Positions 21,944 through 32,359 of a stretch of DNA of 64,000 bases are shown here, in pieces. The notes beneath the pieces were generated by a model, which was given only the letters and a program-made list of their open reading frames with translations, was not told the origin of the DNA and did no database searches. This DNA is from Carpediemonas membranifera BICM (taxonomy: Eukaryota > Protista > Fornicata), in contig JAHDYR010000011.1 of NCBI GenBank assembly GCA_019828565.1, positions 545,314-609,313 of the forward strand, written 5' to 3'. Position 1 is the first letter of the stretch; each line of letters opens with the position of its first letter. The position numbers and the translations under genes were made by a program.

Positions 21944-22897
21944 ATGAGGATGAATAAGAAGATCGTGCTTGGAACAGTAGCTGCTGGCACTGCAGTAGCC
22001 GCTGGCTCCGCCTTTGCGCTCAAGAAGTACCTGGATAAGTGTGAGCAGCAACACCGCGATGAAATGATCCGAGCAAATCTCAAGGACGCCTCCTCGCAAG
22101 CCCTTGCCCCATTTTTCACTGAGAAAGTCTTCCTCTCCCTCCTTGAAGCCGTGAAGACCGCCTCTGAAGTGGACGCCCTCGTCAACCAGGCCAAGTCTGC
22201 GGAGTACAAGGTCATGGAGCAGGACGCCAAGGACGCACTCCGCAAGGAGATCGTTACCAGGAACATTGCGCGTGCTAGCGGGACAATTGCCGCCATCGGC
22301 GACGCCTTCGCCTGGATCCGGGTTGCAGACCTCGTCCAGCGCTCAGCCATGCGCTCCCGGCGCGTGCCCACCGACGCAGCTGTGGACGACTACCGCAAGG
22401 CAGTCACTACCGCTGTTCTCGAGGCCGTCCCCGCCATCTGGGCCGATGCCCTGGCTGCCACGCGGGAGTGGATGGATGAACAGGGGCTTTCGGACAAGAG
22501 CGTCGTCAACATCGATATGCTGAACCAGGGTATCACCACCATCGTCGCCTCTACCCCCTCGCACGACATCTACCGCGAGGCTCTCAAGGCTGCCTCCGCT
22601 GGCCGCCCCGCCACCCTCGTCGGCCACATGCTTTCCGTGGCTACGTCAATGAAGCATTTTATTGCCAACTCTGAGGTGAGTCAGATGCTGGCAGGCATGT
22701 ACATGTCGAATCTTCTCGGAGCCCTCCCCCTCGAGACTGACAACGACGTCATGCTCGTCAAAGCCATCGGGCCTCTATCTGGGGCTCTGGTGGAGATCGT
22801 ACCGCATGAAGCAAGGCATCCTGGGCTCCGCATGTTGGATAGGGGCACCGTCGATGATATGCAGGGTCTTGCTGAGGCCATCGTGGATGCCCTTTGA
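21944..22897 (+). CDS. N-terminally membrane-anchored helical protein, possibly Pex3-like
   Basis: Basic residues then a hydrophobic segment (KKIVLGTVAAGTAVAAGSAFALKKY) and a helical body; family assignment tentative. Confidence 0.6.
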   Translation: MRMNKKIVLGTVAAGTAVAAGSAFALKKYLDKCEQQHRDEMIRANLKDASSQALAPFFTEKVFLSLLEAVKTASEVDALVNQAKSAEYKVMEQDAKDALRKEIVTRNIARASGTIAAIGDAFAWIRVADLVQRSAMRSRRVPTDAAVDDYRKAVTTAVLEAVPAIWADALAATREWMDEQGLSDKSVVNIDMLNQGITTIVASTPSHDIYREALKAASAGRPATLVGHMLSVATSMKHFIANSEVSQMLAGMYMSNLLGALPLETDNDVMLVKAIGPLSGALVEIVPHEARHPGLRMLDRGTVDDMQGLAEAIVDAL

Positions 22898-23044
22898 ACA
22901 TATGGCGCGTGATAAAGTGTTAGCGTGTGCGGTGTGTCGCTTTGGCCTGGGGGAGGGGTGTGAGCTGTGTTTGACACTGGCGATTGACGACTTCATTTTC
23001 ACCACCAACAGCAACAGCTCTTTGGGCATCTTCGAGGTAAGAAG

Positions 23045-26000
23045 ATGGAATGGGCCGATGAATTAGGCGATTTTAGCAAAGAACTGGATGCCTTGAAGCA
23101 GCAGTACTCTCGGCGTAACAAGAAACTCACTGATCAGCTCACATGCGTGCAGGAAGAACGAGATAAGCTCCAGGCGGACCTTCAAGCAGCTAATCAGAAG
23201 TTTAATACCCTGAATTCCGAAAGCACGCGCAAAACTACCGAGCTTCAGCGTAGTTTGGACCGGATTTCGCGCCAGAACACCATGCTCGAACAACGTCTAG
23301 CCACCGCCGAACGCGACGCCAAGAAGCATATATCAGCATTTAAGTCCCTCGAACAGGAGCTACACGAGAAGGACATGGCGTCAGATCGCCAGTACACGAG
23401 CCTCCAGGGCCGTTGCCGTGCTCTCGAAGAGCAACTCGCACAACGGATGAAAGAAGTCCGCGACGCCGAGTCGAGAGCCTCTACCGCAGAGAAGGAGATC
23501 GTCACCGTGAAGCGACAGAGTGCGGGAGACCTGGCCAGGGTCCGCCAGGCTCTGGACAGTGCCCAACGGGAGCATGGCCTCCAGCTGACCGGCTTGAACA
23601 CGGCGGCGGCAGACTACAAGCAGGAGATCGCCAGGCTGAACGAGATGCTATCCCAGACTACCAGCGACCGCTCGGCTGTCCAGGCGGAGGCGTCGGACCT
23701 CTCCACGCAGGTCGCCATCCTCGAGGCCGCCATGAAGGACGCCGAGGTGAGGCACAAGGCAGCACTGGCCGAGGCTAACAGCAAGACCGCGGTCCTGGAA
23801 GAGAAGGTGCGCCATTCTGAGGGCGACGTCCGTCGAACCCGGGAAGAGTTCGACAAGGTGAAGGAGGACGCCGTTACACAGCTCATGGCCCTCGAGAACG
23901 AACGCGACAGCCTCAACAGCGACCTTAGGACCACTCGGATGATGCTCGAGTCCGCCCAGTCGACCCTGGAGAAGGAGATGGCCGTCATGCAAGAGACGGT
24001 GCAGGATAAGGACGAGCAGATTGCCCAGGCGCTGGAGAAGCAGCATGCGATTACGGCCGAGTACGAGGAGAAGCTGCTAGACGACCAGCAGCGGTATACA
24101 GCGATTATTGAGGAGCAGAAGCTTGACTTGGAGGAACAGATCGACGCCCATGGCCAACTACAGGGCCAGCTCTCTGAGGCCAACCGCCAGCTGGATGACA
24201 TGCGCATGGCTCTGAGCGAGAGGGACGCCGACCTCGCCCGTATGAGACAGGAGTACGATGAGCTGCTCGGAGACAGAGACGAGGCGGTTGAACGGGGCCA
24301 GCGGGAGGTGGAGGAGCTCGAGACTGAGCTTGGTGTGACTACTGGACGGCTGAGCCAGGCTGAGTCAGCACTCAAGGCGGAGGGGGACCGGCGCCAGAAG
24401 TTTGAGAGCCAGGCTACCGAGCAGGCCGCGGAGATCGACGGGCTCAGACGGAACCTGACCGCGATGAAGGGTAGACTCGCGGCCGTGACCCAGAACAGCG
24501 AGCTGAAGCTCGAAGACCAACAGGATGAGCACCGGCAGGCTCTGGGTCAGCTGCAGAGGGCCCTGGACGCCACCACCACCGAGCTGACTGAGACGAAGGG
24601 CAGACTGACTGCCTTGACTGCTGAACACGACCGGGTCACTGAGAAATACAACGAGGAGAGGTTCTTGCTGCTGGAGGTCGAGGCCAAGCTCGACGCCACG
24701 ACCCAGGACCGCGACAGCCTGGCAGAGGAGCTCAGTGACGCCGCCACAGAGCACAGGAGAGCGACAGAAGCCGCAGCGAAGGCAGCCAACCAGGAGCGGG
24801 AGGCGCACAGCTCAGACATGATGCGCATGACCCTCGAAAAGGAGCACCTCGAGGCTGAGAGAACCCGTCTCGCCCAGATGGTGGAGAGCCTGCACGCCGA
24901 CATGTCGCACGGCCTCAACGACGCCGCCCTGGCCAACTATTCGACCGGCGAGGAGCTCGAGAAGGTCCGTGCCGAGGTTGACAGGCTCGAGAAGGAGCTG
25001 TCAGACAGCGCAGGGACTCTGGTCGCTGTGCAGGAGGAGAAGAAGAGGGTAGAGTCGACGCTCACGGCAGAGGTCGGCAGACTCGAGCAGACGTTGGCCC
25101 GGGATCGGGCAGACTTCAAAGGCCAGGCTGATGACCAGCGGGAGGCACTCGACACCGCTAACCAGCAGCTTGCCGACGCGAGGGCCACTATCAGAACACT
25201 CGAGGGCAAGCTGCGGGACCTCTCGGGCAACTACAAATCTCTGCTGGAGCGGAGTCAGAGTGAGTCTGATGACATGGCCGGTCGTCTGTCGCGTGTGGAG
25301 AAGGACCTCGAGGCCAGGCGCAAGGAGCTGAAGGAGGCGAACGAGCTCTATCACAATGAGCGGGCAAGCAGCGATGAAGCCCAGATGGCGTTCGACAAAT
25401 ACCGCGCCGAAGCCGATGAAAAGATTGCTCGCGCGGAGGCTCGAATCCAGGCCTTGATCTCTGAGAGGGACACCATCGTCGCCCGCACGAGAGAGCAAGC
25501 CAAGAAGGATGCCGCTGAGCGCGACGACGCCGTTGCCGAGGCCCGCCGCGTGACGGACGAACTCACCCGTTTCCAAGAGACCGTCCGTCGCCTCGAGTCG
25601 ACCCGTATGAAGGAGACCGAGCGGGCCGGCGACGTCGAGCTGGACCTCCGTGAGCAGCTTGAGGAGACCCAGCGCCGCGAGGCTGACTTGAAGAGCGCCA
25701 TGGCAGCTTCCAAACGCGAGGCCGAGTCCGAGGTGAGACGACTCGGCCGGACGATCGAGGAGCAGCTTACCGAGCTCAGCCAGCTGTCCGAGGAGCTTGA
25801 GGAGGCTCGTACCGAGGTCCTCTCGGCCAAGGGTAGGGGAGATAAGCTTGAGGCCGAGCTGGCCGACCTCCAGCGGCGTCATGAGCAGGCCCTCGAGGCC
25901 AGGGCCGAGAGAGAACGCGCCTTTGATGACAGCCAGCAGCGGGCCCAGAGCCTGCGTAGGGAGCACGAGTCTGAGATTGACAGGCTCCAGAAGCGTCTCG

Positions 26001-26602
26001 ACACTGCTCTGGCCGAGCTCGAGGAGAGCAGGTCCGGCCTGGGCGATCAGACAGCGCTGGTTACTAAGTTTGAGGGAGAAATTCGGGAGCTCGAGAGAAA
26101 GCTGGCGTTTGAGCGCGGTGCACGGCGTGACGACACGCTAAAATTCCAAAAGGAACTGAGACAACTCCAGAGCGCAGTTTTGGCCGAGAAACGCGAGCTC
26201 GAGAACCGGGTCGAGCTGCTTACAAGGGAGGGCGAGAGCAAGAGCAGGCTCAGAGCCAAGTCACTAGAGGCTGAGCTCGAGAGCGCAAGCAGGACCCAGC
26301 ATTCCCAGCAGCTTAAGGTCGCCGGCCTGCAGTCCCGCTTCACCATCCTTCGGCAATACGCGGATCGTTTGCAGCACATTATGGAACGCCAGGGGCTCGG
26401 GCACCTTGTACCCCCAGAGCCCATGATGATGAGCGATGAGAGCCAGAACAGGGGGCCGGCCAACAGCACGAGGTCGACTACCATGGTGCTCTCACCGGCA
26501 CTCTCCCGGCTATCCGAGAAGGCCCGGGTTGCCCGGTCGCGGATGTCACCCCAGGACCTGGGGACACCTGGTCTGGCCGTGGTGTCGTCGCCTGAGTTTT
26601 AG
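23045..26602 (+). CDS. Large coiled-coil protein (1185 aa)
   Basis: Continuous heptad E/K/Q/L-rich ORF. Confidence 0.85.
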   Translation: MEWADELGDFSKELDALKQQYSRRNKKLTDQLTCVQEERDKLQADLQAANQKFNTLNSESTRKTTELQRSLDRISRQNTMLEQRLATAERDAKKHISAFKSLEQELHEKDMASDRQYTSLQGRCRALEEQLAQRMKEVRDAESRASTAEKEIVTVKRQSAGDLARVRQALDSAQREHGLQLTGLNTAAADYKQEIARLNEMLSQTTSDRSAVQAEASDLSTQVAILEAAMKDAEVRHKAALAEANSKTAVLEEKVRHSEGDVRRTREEFDKVKEDAVTQLMALENERDSLNSDLRTTRMMLESAQSTLEKEMAVMQETVQDKDEQIAQALEKQHAITAEYEEKLLDDQQRYTAIIEEQKLDLEEQIDAHGQLQGQLSEANRQLDDMRMALSERDADLARMRQEYDELLGDRDEAVERGQREVEELETELGVTTGRLSQAESALKAEGDRRQKFESQATEQAAEIDGLRRNLTAMKGRLAAVTQNSELKLEDQQDEHRQALGQLQRALDATTTELTETKGRLTALTAEHDRVTEKYNEERFLLLEVEAKLDATTQDRDSLAEELSDAATEHRRATEAAAKAANQEREAHSSDMMRMTLEKEHLEAERTRLAQMVESLHADMSHGLNDAALANYSTGEELEKVRAEVDRLEKELSDSAGTLVAVQEEKKRVESTLTAEVGRLEQTLARDRADFKGQADDQREALDTANQQLADARATIRTLEGKLRDLSGNYKSLLERSQSESDDMAGRLSRVEKDLEARRKELKEANELYHNERASSDEAQMAFDKYRAEADEKIARAEARIQALISERDTIVARTREQAKKDAAERDDAVAEARRVTDELTRFQETVRRLESTRMKETERAGDVELDLREQLEETQRREADLKSAMAASKREAESEVRRLGRTIEEQLTELSQLSEELEEARTEVLSAKGRGDKLEAELADLQRRHEQALEARAERERAFDDSQQRAQSLRREHESEIDRLQKRLDTALAELEESRSGLGDQTALVTKFEGEIRELERKLAFERGARRDDTLKFQKELRQLQSAVLAEKRELENRVELLTREGESKSRLRAKSLEAELESASRTQHSQQLKVAGLQSRFTILRQYADRLQHIMERQGLGHLVPPEPMMMSDESQNRGPANSTRSTTMVLSPALSRLSEKARVARSRMSPQDLGTPGLAVVSSPEF

Positions 26603-27243
26603 ACTGTACTATGCTGTAATAAAGTTGGTTTGATGATGGATGGAGTGTATTGGAAAACCGTGCGCATCTTTAGCATTCTAAACATAAACTGCACTTGACT
26701 TAGGCAAATATCGAGAGAACATACTCCATACGAACACGTACATACAAGTACAGTCACACGTGGCATTGCTATCGGCTTTAAGAATTCGTATTAGGGCCCA
26801 CGTGTGCAGAACTTTTTTCGTCAGAGTGAACTTGACGAGTTCAACAAGAAATTGCACCCCGAGACGGGCAGGGTAGGATGCGGAGCCATTAACAGGGTCA
26901 TGTACAGTGGTCAACAAGCTTCAGAAACAACGTGAGTGACTCAATGTTTGAATCAAAACACGAACTTGACTGTGCGATGACATTTGAAGCGGGTGCCACC
27001 CGGTCTGTAGTCATCTAGGGCTATGCCCCGAGGCGAGAAACTCTCAGTGTTCCCCCCAGAAAGTTGCGGACGGTCCAAACCTATTTGCAGTTGTTCACCC
27101 TCACACAGGTGGCCCGTGGCTCTGGGTCGGCGGGACGTAAATCATGTATGGTAATGATACCAATCATCGAGATACGGTTGGCGATACGTTCGATCTTGAA
27201 AGCGACTTTGGAAGAAAAAACATCAGAATTCAAGAATTGGCCA

Positions 27244-27890
27244 ATGGCTATGAGTAATGCTCTTGACGCTCTCTCATCCGCTGCACACCAAAGTTTTATT
27301 GCCAAAGAGTCCGCGATGAAAGTAGAAGCGCAAGAACTCGAGCTATCGTCGCCAAGTTCATCTTCACTTTCCCTTCCTACGGGGACTATGAAGCCCCGTC
27401 AACGTTTCGCCTGGACGCCTGAATTGCATCACTCTTTTGAAGAAGCTGTGCTCAAACTAGGTCTCAAGAGCGCACGGCCGCGCCATATCTTAACAGTAAG
27501 TTCAAATCACGAGAATCAATTCTTACTCAGGAGATGCGACGCACCTGCACCTGCGCTAGCATTGCAGAAGTGACGAGGGACAACATCAGTAGCCACCTCC
27601 AAAAGTATCGCGCCCGCGCGATGACGCTTTTCAAACTTTCACGCTCTGAACTCACTGACTCGCACGGCGAGCTCATCCGCAAGCTCCAGGCCGAGGGCCG
27701 CGGCCAGGAGACCACCATCGTCTCCGCCCCGTGCTACTCCATGCAGAAGCAGGCACAGTCTCAACCAGCCATGGCTCAGCACAAGGCCACGGTCGTCACA
27801 CGACAGAGCACTGGAAGCGTCTCTCTGTTGATCACCCGCACTGTCCGCATGCCGCGTCCGATCATTAGGGACCCTGACAGACAGTTTTAA
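27244..27890 (+). CDS. GARP/SHAQKYF-class Myb-like transcription factor, paralog 2; intron at 27496-27530
   Basis: RQRFAWTPELHHSFEEAVLKLG.KSARPRHIL | VTRDNISSHLQKYR. Confidence 0.9.
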
Positions 27891-28197
27891 CACTCGGATC
27901 ATATTACTCGGCTGATTTCAGCCAGATTCTCGGATTTAACTCTAAATGAGTATTTAAGCTGTGATTGTGATGGCCTGGAAGTTTAGGCCTTAGTATTCTG
28001 ATCTGCGTGTCGGCACTCCGTGCTGAGCAGCGTTGCATTGGCCAGGACTTGTTGGTTCCTGACCGGAGTGACCAGAACGCGTAGTATCCGGCCGGCCACC
28101 GCTCCGGCTTAGCGGACTGGAGCATTCATCCACACGATAGGAGGGCAGAGCGCCTAGATCGGAGCAGTTTTGGCCCAGTGATCCGAGAGATCCAACA

Positions 28198-30003
28198 ATG
28201 GACTTCTCCAGCATATTTGAGGCCGCGCTGGGGATACGAGACATACGGATAGAAGCTTCCAACACCACTACCATCACACAGGCTGTTGTATCCTGTGCGA
28301 TGAGTATTGGCGAGGACTACTCATTCATCGCAGAAAAGACGCAGGAGATTCTCACAAGCTTAGATGAGCCGTATTCTGGCTATATATACGCAATTGCGAA
28401 CGAGATGGTTGATGTATTAACGGAGTATGAAAACTACATCGGCGATTGCTCCATCGACTCCTGCTCAAGCGAGAAGCACTCTCTCATGGCCATTCTGAGA
28501 CACATAGAGGGCAGCGCCTGGCCAGAAATACTTCATATGGCGCGAAAACTCCTCTCCGATGTCACCTCTCCCGCATCCGATGACACGAATGTCCTCACGA
28601 CCCTGTACCGCATGTCCCTCATGAATCGCCCAGAGCACGACGCCCCCATGCCCCGTATGGTTCATAGACTGTTTGTAGCTGCATATCGCGTGTTCGCCCG
28701 CTCTCTTGCGGTCTGGCTGACCCGGGGTGAGCTCCTCGACCCGACAGCTGACTTCATGGTTGTCGCCAAGGACGAGGAACCGGAGGAGACAGTAGCTGCG
28801 GGTGCGCCCAAGAACGCCATCAAGCGTGCTGTGGCGGCGGTGCGGTCGTCGAAGTGGTTCAGCGGGTGGGGGGAGGTCGGCAGCCTCGTGCCGGCCTTCG
28901 TGGACAAGCCGACCGCCCAGCGCATCATGACCATCGGCAAGACGGCCCATCTGATCCGGATGACAGGCTCTGAGATCTCGATGGACCTCAACGGCGAGGC
29001 TGTCACGGCCACCTCCCTCGAGACAGCCCTGGTCACGGTCGCCCGGGCGGGCGTCGTCAAGGCAGAGTTCTCGCACGTGATCTCCCTCCTACACCAGCAG
29101 GTTGACCCGCTTTTATGGCAGAGCCTTGTTACCGCGGGGTTCTTCGCCACATTCGACCGTGTGGCGGGCAGTTTCCTTGCTCTGGGCGATACCGACCCGA
29201 CTGTGCCCGAGTCACTTTCAGGGTTCTTCTCCGAGTCGATCCAGGGCATGTACCTCACTGCCAGTGCCCGGCTGCTCGAGGTAAGCAACTACTCGGCCGC
29301 CCTGAACGCTGCCGCGTCGTCCCTCAAGGAACTGGGCCGGCCCCACCGGGACAGGGCCGGCAGTGGATGCAGGGGGGCACCAGTGGCGGACAGCTTTGCT
29401 CTCGACCAGATCCGCCGCATCAACGCCATGCTAGCCGACGTGCGGGCGGGCATGGCGACCTTATCCTGCTACTTCCACTTTACGACGGAGCACATGGTGT
29501 CTACCGCCCGGGGCAGACTAGAGGCATGCAGGAACTTCGAGGACGCGATCAAGAGCCACACGGTCTTCCTGACGAACCTGCAGGAGCGTCTTTTCGTCGG
29601 CTCGCCCATCGGTGTGAACCTGGTGGAGCCCATGCTCCGATGCGTCGGGCAGTTCATCCTGGAGGTCAAGGCAGTCGCCTCAGACATTACGATGGCCGCG
29701 GACGTTGTGGGTGACAGCGACGTGGCGCTCGATAAGCTGCTGCGGCACTACCAGTCGTACTCGCAGCATTATGGTACACTGGCGCTGTCGATGGCGACGT
29801 TGCGGAATGAGCACCAGACGACCAACCAGCAGCTCAAGCAGCTTCATGCCCTGATGACGTTCGACGCGGCCAGCAACGACAGGAGGAAGCAGCGCGACGT
29901 CCACCGTATGGTGTGGGACCGGTCGATGCCCGAGCAGCGCCGACCCGAGAACCACACACCGGACCGGAGTCGCATTTTGATGAGACGGACTGGGAGCCGC
30001 TGA
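28198..30003 (+). CDS. Gamma-tubulin complex component (Spc97/Spc98 family, GCP4-like)
   Basis: WLTRGELLDPTADFMV, LVPAFVDKPTAQRIMTIGK, DAIKSHTVFLTNL. Confidence 0.75.
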   Translation: MDFSSIFEAALGIRDIRIEASNTTTITQAVVSCAMSIGEDYSFIAEKTQEILTSLDEPYSGYIYAIANEMVDVLTEYENYIGDCSIDSCSSEKHSLMAILRHIEGSAWPEILHMARKLLSDVTSPASDDTNVLTTLYRMSLMNRPEHDAPMPRMVHRLFVAAYRVFARSLAVWLTRGELLDPTADFMVVAKDEEPEETVAAGAPKNAIKRAVAAVRSSKWFSGWGEVGSLVPAFVDKPTAQRIMTIGKTAHLIRMTGSEISMDLNGEAVTATSLETALVTVARAGVVKAEFSHVISLLHQQVDPLLWQSLVTAGFFATFDRVAGSFLALGDTDPTVPESLSGFFSESIQGMYLTASARLLEVSNYSAALNAAASSLKELGRPHRDRAGSGCRGAPVADSFALDQIRRINAMLADVRAGMATLSCYFHFTTEHMVSTARGRLEACRNFEDAIKSHTVFLTNLQERLFVGSPIGVNLVEPMLRCVGQFILEVKAVASDITMAADVVGDSDVALDKLLRHYQSYSQHYGTLALSMATLRNEHQTTNQQLKQLHALMTFDAASNDRRKQRDVHRMVWDRSMPEQRRPENHTPDRSRILMRRTGSR

Positions 30004-30285
30004 GCGTTGTCATTGTATAGTAAAAATGACAGAGCGGCGCTTGGGCGGGTTGGCCCTGCGCTTGAGTTTTCCCACCACTGATGCCTTGAGCTGAGCGGCG
30101 GAAAATTCCGAGAGTGAGGTCTTGGCAGCGATGAAATTGACACCCCCGGACTGGTCGTCGATGGGGCCTAAGAAGTACCCATTTGACGTATTTGTACTGA
30201 CTGGAGGGATCTGAGATCGTCAGACGCATTTATGACAAGCTTATGTATACCATAAATGACGTATTGATTTGACACTTGAACGACA

Positions 30286-31064
30286 ATGGCTGCGTTAGGC
30301 GTTGGGTATGTTTGTAAGAGTGATTATTACGCAGGTATGATCTGGCAGCAACTACATTCTCTACAGATGGCCGTCTCTTCCAAGTAGAGTACGCTGGGAA
30401 GGCTGCTGATAATTCTGGCCTTGTTTGCGCGCTCCGTGTGGAAAACGGTATTGTTTTTGCTGCTGAGAAGCTCATGCACTCCGATCTACTTGTTCCTAGC
30501 TGGGGCAAGCGCATATTCACCATCAACGACAAGATTGCCATTGCCATTTCAGGCCTCCTCCCCGATGCGCGGCAGCTAGTGACCCGTGCTCGCGATGAAG
30601 CAGCTAACTACAAGTCCCAGTACGGCCGCGTGATCCCTGTTTCCGTGCTGGGTGACCGCCTCTCGCTCTTTATGCAAATGTATACCATGTACGCTGCCGC
30701 CCGCCCCTTTGGCTGCTCTATCCTCCTCGGAGGTGTAACTGACGGCAAGCCCGAGCTCTTCCTCATCGAGCCCTCCGGTCTGAAGCGCGGTTGCTACGGC
30801 ATGGCGGTGGGCAAGGGAAAGTCGAAGCAAGAGGCCCGCAATAAGGTTGAGACTCTCGTCGACACCCTCCCAACGATGGACATCCAGCGTGGAGTCATCG
30901 AGTCGGCCAAGATCGTCCTTTGCCTGCACGATGAAGACGAGGACCGGCACATGGAGCTCGAGGTGTCCGCCCTCGCCGCGGACATGGACCATGCTGTCTT
31001 CACCGCCGAGCAGACCGAGCAGATCACCAACCTGGCCAGGGGTGAGCTTGATGCAGAGGAGTAG
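30286..31064 (+). CDS. PSMA3: 20S proteasome subunit alpha-7; intron at 30306-30334
   Basis: After splicing GYDLAATTFSTDGRLFQVEYAGKA; RPFGCS, IEPSG, AVGKGK. Confidence 0.92.
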
Positions 31065-31105
31065 TGTAAATAGAGGAACAAGAACGCCTTTACAGAGCTC
31101 GCGTA

Positions 31106-32236
31106 TGTTGCGCAGTATAAACACATTGTTCGAACCTCCAGACAGGGCCTGAAAGGAACGATCAAAGTGCCAAACTGCACAACATCATCCGTCCGTAGAC
31201 GAATGTTGGCGGTTAGCCAATTGATGATACTGGAATGATGTTTGAAGACGTGGGATCAATGTGCGACTGAACGGAGAGCCACTGAGCTCATCTTCCGTGG
31301 CTAGAGAACGCCACAGGATGTTCTCTGCACTCTTGTCCCGATGATCAACATTCAGAGCATCAGAAACTGTTGCGCGCCACTGAGCACCACGGCACTGTTG
31401 ATTTTCGCAGAGCATCACACGATGTGGGTGAACGTGCTGGTCATCACGCGGACGAACTCGCTTGTAGGGGGCGTGGCAGTGAGGGCAGACGACGGTGGTG
31501 CGGTCCTCGTTAACCATGTTAAGATCGACGACATTGTTATACCCCTTGAGAATGGGTACTATCTCTCTCGCGAACTTTCGATATGGCGCAAGGAATGAGC
31601 ATACCAGCAGGCGTGGTGAATCCCGAGCTCCCGTAGAAGACTTTCAGGCGAATGGGGGTGGCGATGGGATGGTGGCGAAGCCAACCGAACTCCCGAGCCA
31701 ACTGTTGGCCGCAGCGGGCGAGGTGCTTCTGGCGAAGGATGTGGTTCGCAAAGCGCACTCGGCGGAAAGACTTACGCATTCCAGCCTCGAAAATTTCGTT
31801 CGCGTTGTCCAGCACAAACCTAATAGAGTTGTTGATACTCACTAGTCTTGTGCTCTTGAACGACGCGGCCGTCATATCAAAGCCGAAACTTGGCGTCTTA
31901 GTGTATCCGCACTTTGGAAGGACGCCGGAGCTGGTGGTGCCATCGGGGTGCCTGATGTAATACCCTCCGATGGACCTCGCGCCCGGGTCGAACCTCATGA
32001 GGTGGGCATCAGGATCCGGCGTGGGCGGAGCCTCGGCATTATTGGATGTGGAATAGAAGACAATGAGACGACGTGTGAGCGATTGTGATGTTTGCAGCTG
32101 TGCTGACGTCCACGAAGAAGACGCTTTGTGGAAGCCCTGGAGAAGACGATCTCCCTACCGACTTAAGACGTGAGTAGGAGGGAGACAGGGCAGTGTTGCG
32201 CAGTATAAACACATTGCTGGACCCTTCAATAGCACA
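31106..32236. mobile_element. Non-autonomous TG...CA element with ~40-bp imperfect direct terminal repeats carrying an antisense Fanzor fragment; 5-bp TSD GCGTA
   Basis: GCGTA at 31101-31105 and 32237-32241; repeats TGTTGCGCAGTATAAACACATTG... at 31106 and 32194; purine tract 32172-32193; same ends as 49602-49805. Confidence 0.85.
31185..32042 (-). pseudogene. Fanzor1/TnpB-like RuvC nuclease copy 1 (N-terminally deleted, frameshifted)
   Basis: RuvC-I FDPG, VFYGSSGF, RuvC-II NEDRTT plus CPHC...CENQQC zinc finger, RuvC-III HRDKSAENIL. Confidence 0.85.
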
Positions 32237-32241
32237 GCGTA

Positions 32242-32333
32242 TGTGCTATTGAAGGGTCAAACAATGTGTTTACTGAGGAGGTTTAGACCCGTGGTGGTGT
32301 AAATGGTCCAAACTAGGGGATTTGAATGCATCA
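32242..32333 (-). repeat. 3' LTR (92 bp)
   Basis: Direct repeat of 36795-36886; preceded on the minus strand by PPT GAAGGAGGGGGGGTAG. Confidence 0.95.
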
Positions 32334-32359
32334 CTACCCCCCCTCCTTCAATGCGATGT

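Noticed and set aside
28075-28130. GTAGTATC resembling the U2 snRNA branch-pairing sequence
   Set aside because: The upstream AAGATCAA and stem I context and an Sm site are absent
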